This document shows positions 27,579 through 38,179 of a stretch of 64,000 nt of DNA, in pieces. Position numbers and translations under genes: made by a program. The notes beneath the pieces are model-generated. The model saw only the letters and a program-made list of their open reading frames with translations, searched no databases and was not told where the DNA came from. Source of the DNA: Desulfobacterales bacterium (GTDB lineage Bacteria > Desulfobacterota > Desulfobacteria > Desulfobacterales > UBA11574). Every line of letters starts with the position of its first letter. Positions within the stretch are counted from its first letter, which is position 1. The stretch is taken from assembly GCA_030145345.1 (NCBI GenBank), contig JAQYVT010000003.1:2318-66317 (forward strand), given 5' to 3'.

Positions 27579-28754
27579 ATGAAAGAAGCAGTCATTGTGA
27601 GTGCAGTGAGAACGCCGTTGGGGAGTTTCAATGGTTCTTTGGGCAGTATGGGAGCCAACGATCTGGGGGCTGTGGTGATTGAAGCGGCGGTTGAACGTGC
27701 CGGAATAAAAAAAGATCATGTCAATGAAGTGATAATGGGAATGGTTCTTCCGTGCGGCTGCGGCCAAAATCCTGCCAGACAGGCAGCCGTTAAGGCCAAT
27801 ATGCCCTATGACGTTGAATGCATCACGGTAAACAAGGTCTGCGGCTCCGCCTTAAAGGCGGTCATGCTGGCGGCCCAGGCCGTTCAGGTCGGGGATGCGG
27901 ATGTCGTGGTTGCCGGGGGGATGGAAAACATGAGCAGGGCCCCGTATTATCTTGAAAAAGGTCGTTTTGGATATCGCATGGGACCGGGCAAGATCGAAGA
28001 CCATATGGTTCATGACGGGCTCTGGGATATTGTCAACGATTTTCACATGGGGATTTCAAACGAACTGTGTTCGGAGCGGTATAACGTCAGCCGTGAAGAC
28101 CAGGATCGTTATGCTGCCGAATCCTATCGTCGCGCCCTTGAAGCCATCCGAGCAGGACGGTTCAAAAATGAAATTGTTTCCGTTGAAATCCCTCAGCGTA
28201 AAGGTGATTCTGTCATTTTTGATGAGGATGAATGCCCCCGTGAGACGACGTTCGAAAACTTGTCAAAAATGAAGCCTGCATTTAAAAAGGATGGCAGGGG
28301 AACGGCCGGCAACGCGTCCATCATCAGCGACGGTGCTGCAGCGGTGGTGGTCATGTCCAAAGACAAAGCCGAAGAATTGGGCTGTGAGATCATGGCGACC
28401 ATCGGTGCCCAGGCATCATTTGGCATGGACATGAAATACCTGCTGGTGGCGACCATTTGGGCCATTCCCAAGTGTTTGAAAAAAGAGGGAATTTCCATAG
28501 AGGATGTCGATCTTTTCGAGATCAACGAAGCTTTCAGCGGTTCGACGGTGGCGGTGCTGCGAACCCTTGAACTGGATCCTTCCAAGGTTAATGTGAACGG
28601 CGGAAGCGTTTCGTTGGGTCATCCCATCGGTGCAAGCGGATGCCGCGTGCTGGTGACCCTCTTATATGAAATGATACGCCAGGACAAAAACGTCGGGGTC
28701 GCGTCCCTGTGCCTGGGCGGCGGTGAAGGGGTTGCCCTGGTGGTGAAAAGATAA
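27579..28754 (+). CDS. Acetyl-CoA acetyltransferase (thiolase)
   Basis: TVNKVCGS, NASIISDGAA, EINEAF, GHPIGASG, SLCLGGG. Confidence 0.95.
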   Translation: MKEAVIVSAVRTPLGSFNGSLGSMGANDLGAVVIEAAVERAGIKKDHVNEVIMGMVLPCGCGQNPARQAAVKANMPYDVECITVNKVCGSALKAVMLAAQAVQVGDADVVVAGGMENMSRAPYYLEKGRFGYRMGPGKIEDHMVHDGLWDIVNDFHMGISNELCSERYNVSREDQDRYAAESYRRALEAIRAGRFKNEIVSVEIPQRKGDSVIFDEDECPRETTFENLSKMKPAFKKDGRGTAGNASIISDGAAAVVVMSKDKAEELGCEIMATIGAQASFGMDMKYLLVATIWAIPKCLKKEGISIEDVDLFEINEAFSGSTVAVLRTLELDPSKVNVNGGSVSLGHPIGASGCRVLVTLLYEMIRQDKNVGVASLCLGGGEGVALVVKR

Positions 28755-28758
28755 GGAG

Positions 28759-29616
28759 ATGAGTATGGACATCAAAACATTCGGCGTTGTGGGCGCGGGT
28801 CAGATGGGGAACGGCATCGCTCAAGTTGCCGCAATGAGCGGCCTTGATGTGATCATGAGCGACATCGCCGCTGAATTTGTAGAGCGGGGCCTTGAAATCA
28901 TCCAGAAGAACCTGCACCGCGGTGTTGAAAAAGGGAAAGTGACCGTTGAAACGATGAATGGTGTTCTGGGAAGAATCACCGCCAGCGTTGACATCGAGGA
29001 TATGGCATCTGCCGATTTTGTGGTAGAGGCCGCCACCGAGCATGAACCGATCAAGTTTCAAATATTCGAAGATCTGGATCGAATCTGTGCATCGCAGGTG
29101 ATTCTGGCGACCAATACATCGTCTATTCCCATCGGAAGGGTTGCAGCCCATACAAAACGGCCGGATAAAATTATCGGGATGCATTTTATGAATCCTGCCC
29201 CGGTGATGAAGCTGGTCGAGGTGATCCGGGCACTGGCAACCTCGGAGGAAACGTTTAAAACAACCTGGGACCTGGCCGTTCGGTTCGGCAAAACACCGGC
29301 CGAAGCAAACGATTATCCCGGCTTTATCGCCAACCGGATTCTCATGCCCATGATCAACGAGGCGGTTTATTGTCTGTACCAGGACGTTGGGTCCCGGGAA
29401 GATATCGACACCGTCATGAAACTGGGTGCGAATCATCCCATGGGCCCGCTGGCACTGGCGGATCTCATCGGCCTGGATACCTGCCTTGCAATTATGGATA
29501 CCCTTTTCGATGGATTTAAAGATTCAAAATACCGCCCCTGTCCGCTGCTTCGGAAATACGTGGAGGCCGGATGGCTGGGCAGAAAGACGGGTCGGGGATT
29601 CTATGAATACCCATAA
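28759..29616 (+). CDS. hbd: 3-hydroxybutyryl-CoA dehydrogenase
   Basis: GVVGAGQMGNGIA, TNTSS, GMHFMNP, HPMGPLALADLIGLD. Confidence 0.9.
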   Translation: MSMDIKTFGVVGAGQMGNGIAQVAAMSGLDVIMSDIAAEFVERGLEIIQKNLHRGVEKGKVTVETMNGVLGRITASVDIEDMASADFVVEAATEHEPIKFQIFEDLDRICASQVILATNTSSIPIGRVAAHTKRPDKIIGMHFMNPAPVMKLVEVIRALATSEETFKTTWDLAVRFGKTPAEANDYPGFIANRILMPMINEAVYCLYQDVGSREDIDTVMKLGANHPMGPLALADLIGLDTCLAIMDTLFDGFKDSKYRPCPLLRKYVEAGWLGRKTGRGFYEYP

Positions 29617-29625
29617 GGAGGCGTT

Positions 29626-30177
29626 ATGGCTAAGAAGAAGGCCGAGGCTCTGGCTCCGGTCGGGAAGAAGATAAAGAAGGAGCGGTTAAAGAAAAAAATG
29701 ACCCTTGATCGTGTGGCCAATGAAACCGGTTTTTCCATCGATTATCTAAAAGAAATCGAGAGCGGCAAAAAGATTCCGCCGGTGGGAGCGCTTTTGCAGA
29801 TTGCCAAGGCGTTGGAGATCGATTCGGGCTTTTTCCTCAGAGAACAGGAGTCGAGCTTGAGGCGTCGTATCAAGGCATACACAAAACGCACCGAAAATTA
29901 TGCCTATACAACCCTGACGCCCGGGGCGGAGAATAAACATTTGAAGGCGTTCAAAGTCTCGATTGACGCTATGCAGGATCACAAAGGCGTGGGATATCAG
30001 CACGAGGGTGAAGAGTTCGTCTATGTACTGGCCGGAAAAGTGGAAGTGACGGTGGGGGATCATATCAATACCCTCGATGTCGGGGAATCTCTTCATTTCA
30101 ACTCGGGAATACGGCATAAATTGACAAATATCGGAGAAGAAAAAGCAGAGATGCTGGTCATAATTTACGGGCCGTAG
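29626..30177 (+). CDS. XRE-family HTH + cupin regulator
   Basis: HTH N-terminus; HEGEEFVYVLAG cupin. Confidence 0.88.
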   Translation: MAKKKAEALAPVGKKIKKERLKKKMTLDRVANETGFSIDYLKEIESGKKIPPVGALLQIAKALEIDSGFFLREQESSLRRRIKAYTKRTENYAYTTLTPGAENKHLKAFKVSIDAMQDHKGVGYQHEGEEFVYVLAGKVEVTVGDHINTLDVGESLHFNSGIRHKLTNIGEEKAEMLVIIYGP

Positions 30178-30302
30178 CCTTGAGAACTTAGGGTTCAATT
30201 TTCCGCGTTGTGTGCTGCAGAGATTCGAAATTTAGGAGAATTGCCGCGTTTTGTTAAATCGCGTAAACGAATTTATTTTGAAACTGTTAAAAGGAATAAT
30301 CG

Positions 30303-31469
30303 ATGTCTTTTGCGCTGACGGATGAACAGATCATGATTCAGACCATGGCCAGGGAGTTTTCGAGGAAAGTCGTTGCGCCGACCGCTGCGGAACGCGATAA
30401 GACCAAGGAATTTCCGGCTGAAAATCTTAAAAAGATGGGAGAACTGGGGCTTATGGGAATGATGGTTCCGTTTGAATACGAAGGGTCCGGTGCCGACACG
30501 GTGAGTTATGTCCTGGCCCTTTCCGAAATTGCCTATTCCTGTGCTTCAACGGCAGTGGTGATGTCGGTTCACAATTCCATTGTCTGTGAAAGCATCTACC
30601 GGTTGGGAACCGAGATGCAGAAGGAAAAATTTTTAAAACCGCTTTGTACGGGAGATATCATCGGCGCCTTTGCCATGACCGAACCCCATGCCGGGTCAGA
30701 TCCTGTCCGGCAGTCGACCACCGCTGTCCGAAAAGGTGATGCGTACATTATCAATGGTACAAAACGGTTTATCACATCCGGAAAGAATGCCGGATTGGTT
30801 ATTGTTACGGCCATCACCGATGAAGCACAGCGTCACCACGGTATCAGTGCATTTATCGTTGAGAAAGACACCCCCGGATTAATGGTGGGAAATGAGGAAG
30901 ATAAAATGGGTCTCCGTGCTTCCGATACCACAGACCTAATCTTTAACGATTGCATCGTCCCTGCTGAAAACAGATTGGGAAATGAGGGAGACGGTTTTAA
31001 AATCGCCATGAAAGCGTTGGACGGCGGGCGCATCGGTATCGCGGCCCAGTCGGTGGGGGTGGCCCAGGCGGCATTCGATGCTGCCGTGAAGTATGCTAAA
31101 AAAAGAGAGCAGTTCGGGCAGCCGATTTCGAAATTTCAGGGTCTGCGCTGGATGATTGCGGACATGGCCACAGAAATAGAAGCCGCACGGCAGTTAATGC
31201 TTTCAGCCGCCGCCATGAAAGACAGGGGCGAAAAATTTATCGCACAGGCGTCCATGGCCAAGCTTTTTGCCTCTGAAATGGTCAACCGGGTGACTGCAAA
31301 AGCGCTGCAGATGCATGGCGGGTATGGATTTATTAAAGACTATCCGGTTGAACGTTTTTACAGGGATGCCCGGGTTTTTACAATTTATGAGGGAACTTCG
31401 GAGATTCAGAGAGTGGTCATCTCCAACCACATATTAAAGGACAAGCGCCGTCCTTCACACGGATCCTGA
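30303..31469 (+). CDS. Short-chain (butyryl-CoA-type) acyl-CoA dehydrogenase
   Basis: FAMTEPHAGSD, KMGLRAS, QMHGGYG, IYEGTSEIQR. Confidence 0.92.
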   Translation: MSFALTDEQIMIQTMAREFSRKVVAPTAAERDKTKEFPAENLKKMGELGLMGMMVPFEYEGSGADTVSYVLALSEIAYSCASTAVVMSVHNSIVCESIYRLGTEMQKEKFLKPLCTGDIIGAFAMTEPHAGSDPVRQSTTAVRKGDAYIINGTKRFITSGKNAGLVIVTAITDEAQRHHGISAFIVEKDTPGLMVGNEEDKMGLRASDTTDLIFNDCIVPAENRLGNEGDGFKIAMKALDGGRIGIAAQSVGVAQAAFDAAVKYAKKREQFGQPISKFQGLRWMIADMATEIEAARQLMLSAAAMKDRGEKFIAQASMAKLFASEMVNRVTAKALQMHGGYGFIKDYPVERFYRDARVFTIYEGTSEIQRVVISNHILKDKRRPSHGS

Positions 31470-31551
31470 GTCACGTTTAACCCTTTTTAAAAAAATGTCG
31501 TATTCAGATAATCCGGTTTTTAAACGGTCAAGCTTCACCCATTCACGGGTG

Positions 31552-32034
31552 TTATTCTTTGAAAATTTTGGCCGCCAGATCAATATCTTCCGGACAAAAC
31601 ACAAAAAGGCATTTTTCATCGGATGACGAAACCGTTCCGTAAACGTAGTTGATGTTGATGCCTTCTTTTCCAAACTTATTTGCCACGTCTGCAAGCGAAC
31701 CCGGTTTGTTTTCAAGCTCAAGGGTCATCACCGGCATAATATCGAAAAGGTAATCATTTTTTGACAACAGATCGATGGCCTTGTCCGTCTGATCGACAAT
31801 CATCCGGATCAGAGCGAAGTGGGCCGAGTCCTTCCGTATGGAATTATAGCTGGCAACCGAAGCGATCCGCTTTATGGATTTCCCCCGGGCTTCAAAAAGA
31901 TTCTGCACATAACTCGATGCGTCTTGTATGGTGAGCGCATCGATGTTGATGCGCTCGTCTGAAAACAGTGACGCCAGTTTCCCAAGTTCTCCGGGAACGT
32001 TTTTCAAAAATAGTGATATTTCGGTCCTGACCAT
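31552..32034 (-). CDS. ACT-domain protein
   Basis: ISLFLKNVPGEL and LENKPGSLADV...ININYVY tandem ACT pattern. Confidence 0.8.
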   Translation of the reverse strand: MVRTEISLFLKNVPGELGKLASLFSDERINIDALTIQDASSYVQNLFEARGKSIKRIASVASYNSIRKDSAHFALIRMIVDQTDKAIDLLSKNDYLFDIMPVMTLELENKPGSLADVANKFGKEGININYVYGTVSSSDEKCLFVFCPEDIDLAAKIFKE

Positions 32035-32133
32035 CGTATGCTCCTACTTTTTAGCGTTTAAAAGAACCGTATGGCTGTTATTAAGAATGTCATAAGCAAA
32101 ATAAAATTTTAAGTCAACCACCATAAATTATTT

Positions 32134-32367
32134 GTAGGCGTTCACGGGTTCAAAGGTTCAGGGGTTCAAGGTTCTATTCTTGTCCCCGGACTGCATTTGG
32201 GATGCGTATTTACGAGAAAAGCGTCAGTTTCGTCAGTTCTAATCCAAAATTTGAAGCTAAATTGGCAATTACTTGGGAAAATGAACATTTGTAACGAGGA
32301 CTTCAGATCTTCATGCCTTCTTTGTCCTTAACCCTGAACGTTGAACCCTGAACCTGTGCACGGTTAC
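32134..32367 (+). mobile_element. ~233-bp repeated element with GGTTCA(A/G) repeat arms, copy 1
   Basis: Near-identical to 41227-41459 and, inverted, to 38180-38412. Confidence 0.85.
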
Positions 32368-32374
32368 AATTATT

Positions 32375-33028
32375 TTATTCAAGAAATCCTACGGAGAAGG
32401 CCAAAGTGAATTGGCCGATGTAATAAAGGGGCAGGCCGACGAGCCGATTGAAAAATTCTTTTTTCAAAAAGCGATCCCGGGCCACAAACACGTCGGAAAT
32501 GTAGAAGAGGAAAGCACCGCTAAAAACCATTCGGCGTCCCGATACCGTCAGGCATGAATTGTCTAAAACCGACCATGCTCCGGAAAGCATCACGGTGATG
32601 ACGATGCAGTAAAGCAGAACCGGTGTTTTCATTGCCCCCAAATGGGGTTTGAGCCAGAAATAGATCCTGCTGCTGATACACAGAACGATGATAGATCCTC
32701 CCCATGTCCACGCACCGGGATGGGCCACATGGAAAAAACCGAATATATAAGAAACATGCCCCAGCAAAAAAGAGATCAGACCCCAAAGAAACATTTTTTC
32801 CTGCTGAAAGGCCAGGCAGACATCTCCAACCAGGCATAACAGCAGCCCCGCAAGGAGAAATCGATAATAATGGGTAATCGGGTGAGGCTGAACCAGAACT
32901 GCAAGGATAAAAAGCGATGATAGGAGTGTTTTGGCCGGCAGCAGACCTTTTTTATTTTGACTGTTTTCGTAGTGAAGCAGTACCGTCAGAAGGATTATCG
33001 CTGTAAGGACGATCAGAAGATTGAATAT
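32375..33028 (-). CDS. YhhN/lysoplasmalogenase-family membrane protein (no canonical start codon)
   Basis: GDVCLA...FLLGHVSY...LFYISDVFVARDRF...YYIGQ motifs; the frame stays open upstream of 32794 to an ATA at 33028 (217 aa). Confidence 0.75.
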   Translation of the reverse strand: MFNLLIVLTAIILLTVLLHYENSQNKKGLLPAKTLLSSLFILAVLVQPHPITHYYRFLLAGLLLCLVGDVCLAFQQEKMFLWGLISFLLGHVSYIFGFFHVAHPGAWTWGGSIIVLCISSRIYFWLKPHLGAMKTPVLLYCIVITVMLSGAWSVLDNSCLTVSGRRMVFSGAFLFYISDVFVARDRFLKKEFFNRLVGLPLYYIGQFTLAFSVGFLE

Positions 33029-33042
33029 TTTTTTCGATAAAA

Positions 33043-33828
33043 TTAAGATTTACGGGATTTCTTACGATCGAGACAATTGATTAAAAATTTCTGCCACACT
33101 GCGAAATATTCGTTTCCGCCCACCAGATAGGTATCATTGTGGTCTGCGCCCGGGATTTCATAAAAATCCTTGGGAGACGAGGCTTTTTCAAACAGACGAC
33201 GGGCCATTAAAACCGGAATGGTCTGATCAAATTGTCCATGGACGAACAGAACGGGTGATTTAACATTTTCGATCAAGGATAGACTGTCATATTTGACGGT
33301 CGATGTCGGCTGCGGTGCAAAAAAAGGGAAATAGCGTTTCATCATATCGTCCGTTGACGTGAATGCGGCTTCCAGAATGACCCCCAGACAGTCTTCTCGG
33401 CTGGCGATATCGACGGCCAGGGCGGTTCCCAGGGACCGACCGAACAGCAATACAGATGAGGCTTTAAACCCCCTGTCTCGGATCAGGTATTGAAATGCCC
33501 CGTGGGCGTCTGAGAAAGTCCCGGCCTTGGATATTTCCCCTTGGCTCAGGCCGTATTCGCGGTAATCAAAAATGAAGATCGGAATCTGAAGGGCATCGTG
33601 AAGCTTTTTAAGATTGTGCAGCCGGTGACTGATATTTCCCGCATTGCCATGAAACCACAGAAGTACCGCACGCGTATCCGGACCGTGCACCAACCAGCCG
33701 TGCAGACGGGTGCCGTCCTGTGCCGAAAAGAACACATCTTCATAGTCGTCCAATCGGTAATCTTTGGGAGTGGCTTCGATGACGTTATCCGGGAAAAATA
33801 CAATACCTTTTTCAGACATAATATCCAT
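33043..33828 (-). CDS. Alpha/beta hydrolase (ABHD/BEM46-like)
   Basis: FHGNAGNIS, DYREYG, GRSLG nucleophile, HGQFD, GADHND. Confidence 0.88.
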   Translation of the reverse strand: MDIMSEKGIVFFPDNVIEATPKDYRLDDYEDVFFSAQDGTRLHGWLVHGPDTRAVLLWFHGNAGNISHRLHNLKKLHDALQIPIFIFDYREYGLSQGEISKAGTFSDAHGAFQYLIRDRGFKASSVLLFGRSLGTALAVDIASREDCLGVILEAAFTSTDDMMKRYFPFFAPQPTSTVKYDSLSLIENVKSPVLFVHGQFDQTIPVLMARRLFEKASSPKDFYEIPGADHNDTYLVGGNEYFAVWQKFLINCLDRKKSRKS

Positions 33829-34012
33829 CCTTGACGAATTTTACGAAAAAATAGCCTTATCTTCCTGATCTGTCAAGGAATATGCGCTTAAGGCTTAACC
33901 GTGAAAGCCCATGGACCTCAAAAAACAAGAATCTTTACAAGTTGCCAATATTGTGCGATAACGTCGAAAATGGTCTTTCTCCCCACATTAAGACAATTGG
34001 ATTATCGCTTCT

Positions 34013-35716
34013 ATGCTCCGAGAACTCTCCATTAGAAACTTTGCCATCATCGACGACCTCCAGATATTCTTTTCAGAGGGGCTGGCCATCTTGAGTGGTG
34101 AGACCGGCGCCGGGAAATCCATCATCATCAATGCCGTCAATCTTCTCCTCGGCAGCCGAGCGACGGCAAAACTCATTCGTACCGGTTACGAAACAGCAGA
34201 ACTCGAAGCATTGTTTCAAATCAAAAAACAAAGCCCCATTGTAAAAATCATGAAAGACAACGGGTACAATCCTGAAGAAGGGCTGTTGATCAGAAGGATT
34301 ATTTCCCGAAAGGACCGACACCGGATTTATATCAATGGACGTCTTACCACCATTGGGATACTGAATCTTATCACCGAAAATCTGGCCAGTATATCCGGGC
34401 AGCATGCTCATCAGGGGTTGTTAAAGGAAGACCAGCAGCTGGCAATCATCGATCAATTTGGCGGGTTGACGGCTGTGCGTGAGAAAGTATCCAGGTGTTT
34501 TCATGAAATCGTTCCGCTGATTCGGAAATTGAATAACCTGAAGCATAAAAGAGACCGGCAGGCGGAACACATACAGCTGATCGAATTCCAGCAAAAAGAG
34601 ATCCGGCAAGCAACGGTAACACTCGGAGAAGATACCGCCCTGGAACAAGAACGGACACGCCTGAAAAACAGCGAAGCACTTTTCCAGGCCGTCCAGGGTG
34701 GCATCGAAATGCTTTATGATTCACAGGGCGCTGCTGTTGAAGGCCTTTTGGCCGTGAAGAAAGATCTTGACAAGGCTTCGACCCTAGATCCCCTGCTTGC
34801 GCCAAAGGCGGAGCGTATCGCTGAAGCAGCTTTTCATCTTGAAGATATTGCGGATGAACTTAGAAGGTATTTGAAAAACATACAGATGGACGAAAGCCGT
34901 CTGGATACGGTCGAAGAACGACTTGACACCCTCGTTAAGCTGAAGCGCAAATACGGAGGATCGCTGGAGGCCGTTCTTTTACGGTTTGAATCCATCGATC
35001 ATGAGCTTTCGGAGATGGAAAATTTATCCGGGGATATCGCCGATACCGAAAAAAAGCTTTTTGAACTGCATGGCAAATTGACCGAACTGACCCATAAACT
35101 CTCCAGGGATAGGAAAAAAACAGCAAAAACACTGGCCCAAAAAGTAGAAAAAGAACTGACCTCCCTTAAGATGCCTCACACAAAGTTTGAAATATCGTTT
35201 CGAACCCTGCCGGCGGATGAAGATGCCGATCCGTATCTTACCATCGAAGAACAAACCGTCTTCGAAACCGGGATCGACCAAGCAACCTTCCGGATTGCTC
35301 CGAATGTGGGGGAACCGCTGAAACCGCTTTCCAGCATTGTTTCAGGCGGCGAACTGTCGAGAGTGGTGCTCGCTTTAAAGGCCATATTGGCCGAAACAGA
35401 AGCAGTGGAGGCCATTGTGTTTGATGAAGTTGATGCTGGAATCGGGGGGAGTGTGGCCGAGGTTGTCGGCAAAAAACTGTCCTCTCTTGCCCGTCATCAC
35501 CAGGTCATCTGCATCACCCATTTGCCTCAGATTGCCAAATTTGGCGATCATCATTTTAGGATTTCAAAGCGGATTTCAAATGGAAGAACCCGCACCACCA
35601 TCAAACGACTCAGTGAAACAGAACGCGTTAAGGAGATCGCCCGGATGCTGGGGGGTGAAAAAATAACCCGAGCCACGCTGGATCATGCCCATGAGATGCT
35701 GGGCAAAAGAAACTAA
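34013..35716 (+). CDS. recN: DNA repair protein RecN
   Basis: GETGAGKS, SGGELSRVVLALK, FDEVDAGIGG, ITHLPQIA. Confidence 0.96.
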   Translation: MLRELSIRNFAIIDDLQIFFSEGLAILSGETGAGKSIIINAVNLLLGSRATAKLIRTGYETAELEALFQIKKQSPIVKIMKDNGYNPEEGLLIRRIISRKDRHRIYINGRLTTIGILNLITENLASISGQHAHQGLLKEDQQLAIIDQFGGLTAVREKVSRCFHEIVPLIRKLNNLKHKRDRQAEHIQLIEFQQKEIRQATVTLGEDTALEQERTRLKNSEALFQAVQGGIEMLYDSQGAAVEGLLAVKKDLDKASTLDPLLAPKAERIAEAAFHLEDIADELRRYLKNIQMDESRLDTVEERLDTLVKLKRKYGGSLEAVLLRFESIDHELSEMENLSGDIADTEKKLFELHGKLTELTHKLSRDRKKTAKTLAQKVEKELTSLKMPHTKFEISFRTLPADEDADPYLTIEEQTVFETGIDQATFRIAPNVGEPLKPLSSIVSGGELSRVVLALKAILAETEAVEAIVFDEVDAGIGGSVAEVVGKKLSSLARHHQVICITHLPQIAKFGDHHFRISKRISNGRTRTTIKRLSETERVKEIARMLGGEKITRATLDHAHEMLGKRN

Positions 35717-35749
35717 GTCCTAAACTGAGCCTTTCAAGATTATAATACG

Positions 35750-37936
35750 ATGACCTTCTACAGCATTCCACCATTGTTGACGCTGATTTGCTTTCTCGCA
35801 CTGGCGGCTTTGGCGATTTTTCGCGGCCCAAGGACCCGGACCAACTTTCTTTTTTTGACCATTTGCGTGCTCGGATCTTTTCTTTACTTTGACATCCTAT
35901 TTGCCTTCAATGTCGAATCAGTGGAAGCGGCGCTTTTTATCAGTCGCACGGATCATTTTTTCATTGTCTACCTCTTCCCTGTATATGTCCATTTTTTCCA
36001 TGCCTATCTCAATATTTCCGGGCGAAAATGGCTGATCAAGGCGGCATATGTCTATTCATTTATTCTGATGTGCTTTACGCCGACACCTTTTTATATTGCG
36101 TCCATGCAGAAACATTATTTTGGTTACTTCGCAAGGGGCGGCCCCCTCTATCCTTTCTTCGGCCTGGCCGGCCTTTTCGTTACCCTATATGTTTTGATGC
36201 TGATTCATCAGGCCATACAGCAGGAAAAAAGCAGTTCCCACAAGAACAGACTGAAGTATCTATTTGCCGGATTTGGGATCATGGGTCTCATGAACGGGAT
36301 GAATGTTTTTACGATCCAGGGCTATTCGGTGTATCCTCCCGGCAATTTAAGTTTTATTCCCCTGATTGTTTTTGCGGTAGGGCTTTTCAAGCACGACTTG
36401 CTGGACATGGGGATATTGATCAGAAAAAGCCTTATCTATTCGATTCTGACGGCGTTTTTGACATGTTTGTATGCCCTGCTCATTATTGTGGCCGACACCG
36501 TTTTCAAGGGGTTTCACCTTTCAAATTCGATGTATTTCCCCATATTCTTTTTTATTCTCATTGCGTTTGTCTTCGGACCGTTAAAATCAAACGTACAAAA
36601 CTTTGTCGATGGCATTTTCTACAAAGGCAAATATGACTATCAGAAGACCATCAAACATGTGAGCCAAATGGTCGTGTCGGTGCTCGATTTTGACGCAATT
36701 GCAAAACTTCTGGTGGATACGGTGGCCGATACGATGCTGGTGGACCATTGCGCCCTATTTTTGTCGGGCATCTCCGGAAAAAAATTTGTGAATTTTGCAG
36801 TCCGCGGCAAACAAATGAATTCTGATCAACCGCTTACATGGCGTGAGAACTCCGCCCTGGTGAGATGGATGCAGACGCATCGCCAACCTGTTGTGAAAAA
36901 CAATTTAAAAAAGAAGACCCTAAAGGCCATGTCCCCGGATGTACTCTCAGATATGGAGGCGTTGGATGCCGAGATAGCCCTGCCACTGTTATTCGAGGAG
37001 ACGTTGAATGGATTCATTGTGCTGGGTGAAAAGCGTTCCGGCGATCTTTTTATACAGGAAGACGTTGATCTTCTTGAAACACTGTCCAGCCAGAGTGCCC
37101 TTGCCATTGAAAACGCCCGTTCCTATAAAGTCATCGATGACCTGAATAAGGATCTTGAAAAAAAGGTTGAAGAAAGGACCCGCGCCCTAAAAGAGGCCCT
37201 TTTTGAAAAGGAACGAACCCAAGAGCAGTTGATCCGTTCGGAAAGCCTGGCCGCCATCGGCCAATTGGTTGCGGGTGTTGCCCATGAACTCAACAATCCC
37301 CTGACAAGTGCCACCAGTCTGGTCCAGTCCGCCATCGAAGACATGGATCAATGGGATAGAAAAAATCCCCCGGACGAGGACTTGATCGATGATCTTAAGT
37401 TTGTCGATCGAGAACTTGTCCGGGCAAGGTCGATTGTTTCAAGTCTTCTAGGACTCTCCAGACAAACCCAGACCTATTTAGAATCGGTGAGCATCAATTC
37501 CGTTGTCAAGGATGCTTTACGGGTCATGCACAACCAATATAAACATTGTGATCTTAAAATCGTTGAAAATTATGCCCCGGAGTTGCCGGATATCCAGGGG
37601 AATTTTGCAAATTTGGGTCAGGTGGCGCTGAATATCATCCACAACGCCATCCAGGCGGTTATGGACATGAAGGGGACGGTGTTTCTTTCTACGCAGTTTG
37701 ACACACATGCAAACCAGGTTGTTTTTTCGTGCAAAGATACCGGGCCCGGTATTCCCGTGTCGATCCGGAAGGACATTTTCAAACCTTTTTTCACCACTAA
37801 AGCGGTGGGGGACGGCACCGGCCTCGGTCTGTATATCTGCCACGAAATTGTTCGAAAACATGGCGGCACTTTAAAACTTGAAGACCCTGACGGTCCCGGG
37901 GCATTGTTTGAGGTTCGGTTGCCTGCGGCGGGTTAG
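35750..37936 (+). CDS. Multi-TM sensor histidine kinase with GAF domain
   Basis: 7TM-like N-terminus, GAF, AHELNNPL H-box, DTGPGI, FFTTK, GTGLGL. Confidence 0.9.
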   Translation: MTFYSIPPLLTLICFLALAALAIFRGPRTRTNFLFLTICVLGSFLYFDILFAFNVESVEAALFISRTDHFFIVYLFPVYVHFFHAYLNISGRKWLIKAAYVYSFILMCFTPTPFYIASMQKHYFGYFARGGPLYPFFGLAGLFVTLYVLMLIHQAIQQEKSSSHKNRLKYLFAGFGIMGLMNGMNVFTIQGYSVYPPGNLSFIPLIVFAVGLFKHDLLDMGILIRKSLIYSILTAFLTCLYALLIIVADTVFKGFHLSNSMYFPIFFFILIAFVFGPLKSNVQNFVDGIFYKGKYDYQKTIKHVSQMVVSVLDFDAIAKLLVDTVADTMLVDHCALFLSGISGKKFVNFAVRGKQMNSDQPLTWRENSALVRWMQTHRQPVVKNNLKKKTLKAMSPDVLSDMEALDAEIALPLLFEETLNGFIVLGEKRSGDLFIQEDVDLLETLSSQSALAIENARSYKVIDDLNKDLEKKVEERTRALKEALFEKERTQEQLIRSESLAAIGQLVAGVAHELNNPLTSATSLVQSAIEDMDQWDRKNPPDEDLIDDLKFVDRELVRARSIVSSLLGLSRQTQTYLESVSINSVVKDALRVMHNQYKHCDLKIVENYAPELPDIQGNFANLGQVALNIIHNAIQAVMDMKGTVFLSTQFDTHANQVVFSCKDTGPGIPVSIRKDIFKPFFTTKAVGDGTGLGLYICHEIVRKHGGTLKLEDPDGPGALFEVRLPAAG

Positions 37937-38077
37937 TGTCCATCCACAAACGGCATCTTTCGGCCCTGGGCGGTGTTTTCGCTCTTTTGAAATCCTCAAA
38001 ATAGCACGCTATTCCTCCGGTTTCAAAATCGCTCAGACCTTGCCCCGAACCAAAATCTACCATTTGTGGATGGACAC
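37936..38077. mobile_element. MITE (142 bp) abutting the kinase stop codon
   Basis: Perfect 15-bp TIR GTGTCCATCCACAAA / TTTGTGGATGGACAC. Confidence 0.75.
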
Positions 38078-38179
38078 GAGTTAAAACCGGTTTGAAGTTC
38101 CTTAGCATTGGTTGTTGAACCTTGACAATTTATTGAATATGATGGAAAAGATCATTGTCGATCCATATTTAAAAAAATA

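Noticed and set aside
28588-29436. Long antisense ORFs over hbd and other core genes
   Set aside because: Shadow ORFs of well-supported genes on the opposite strand.
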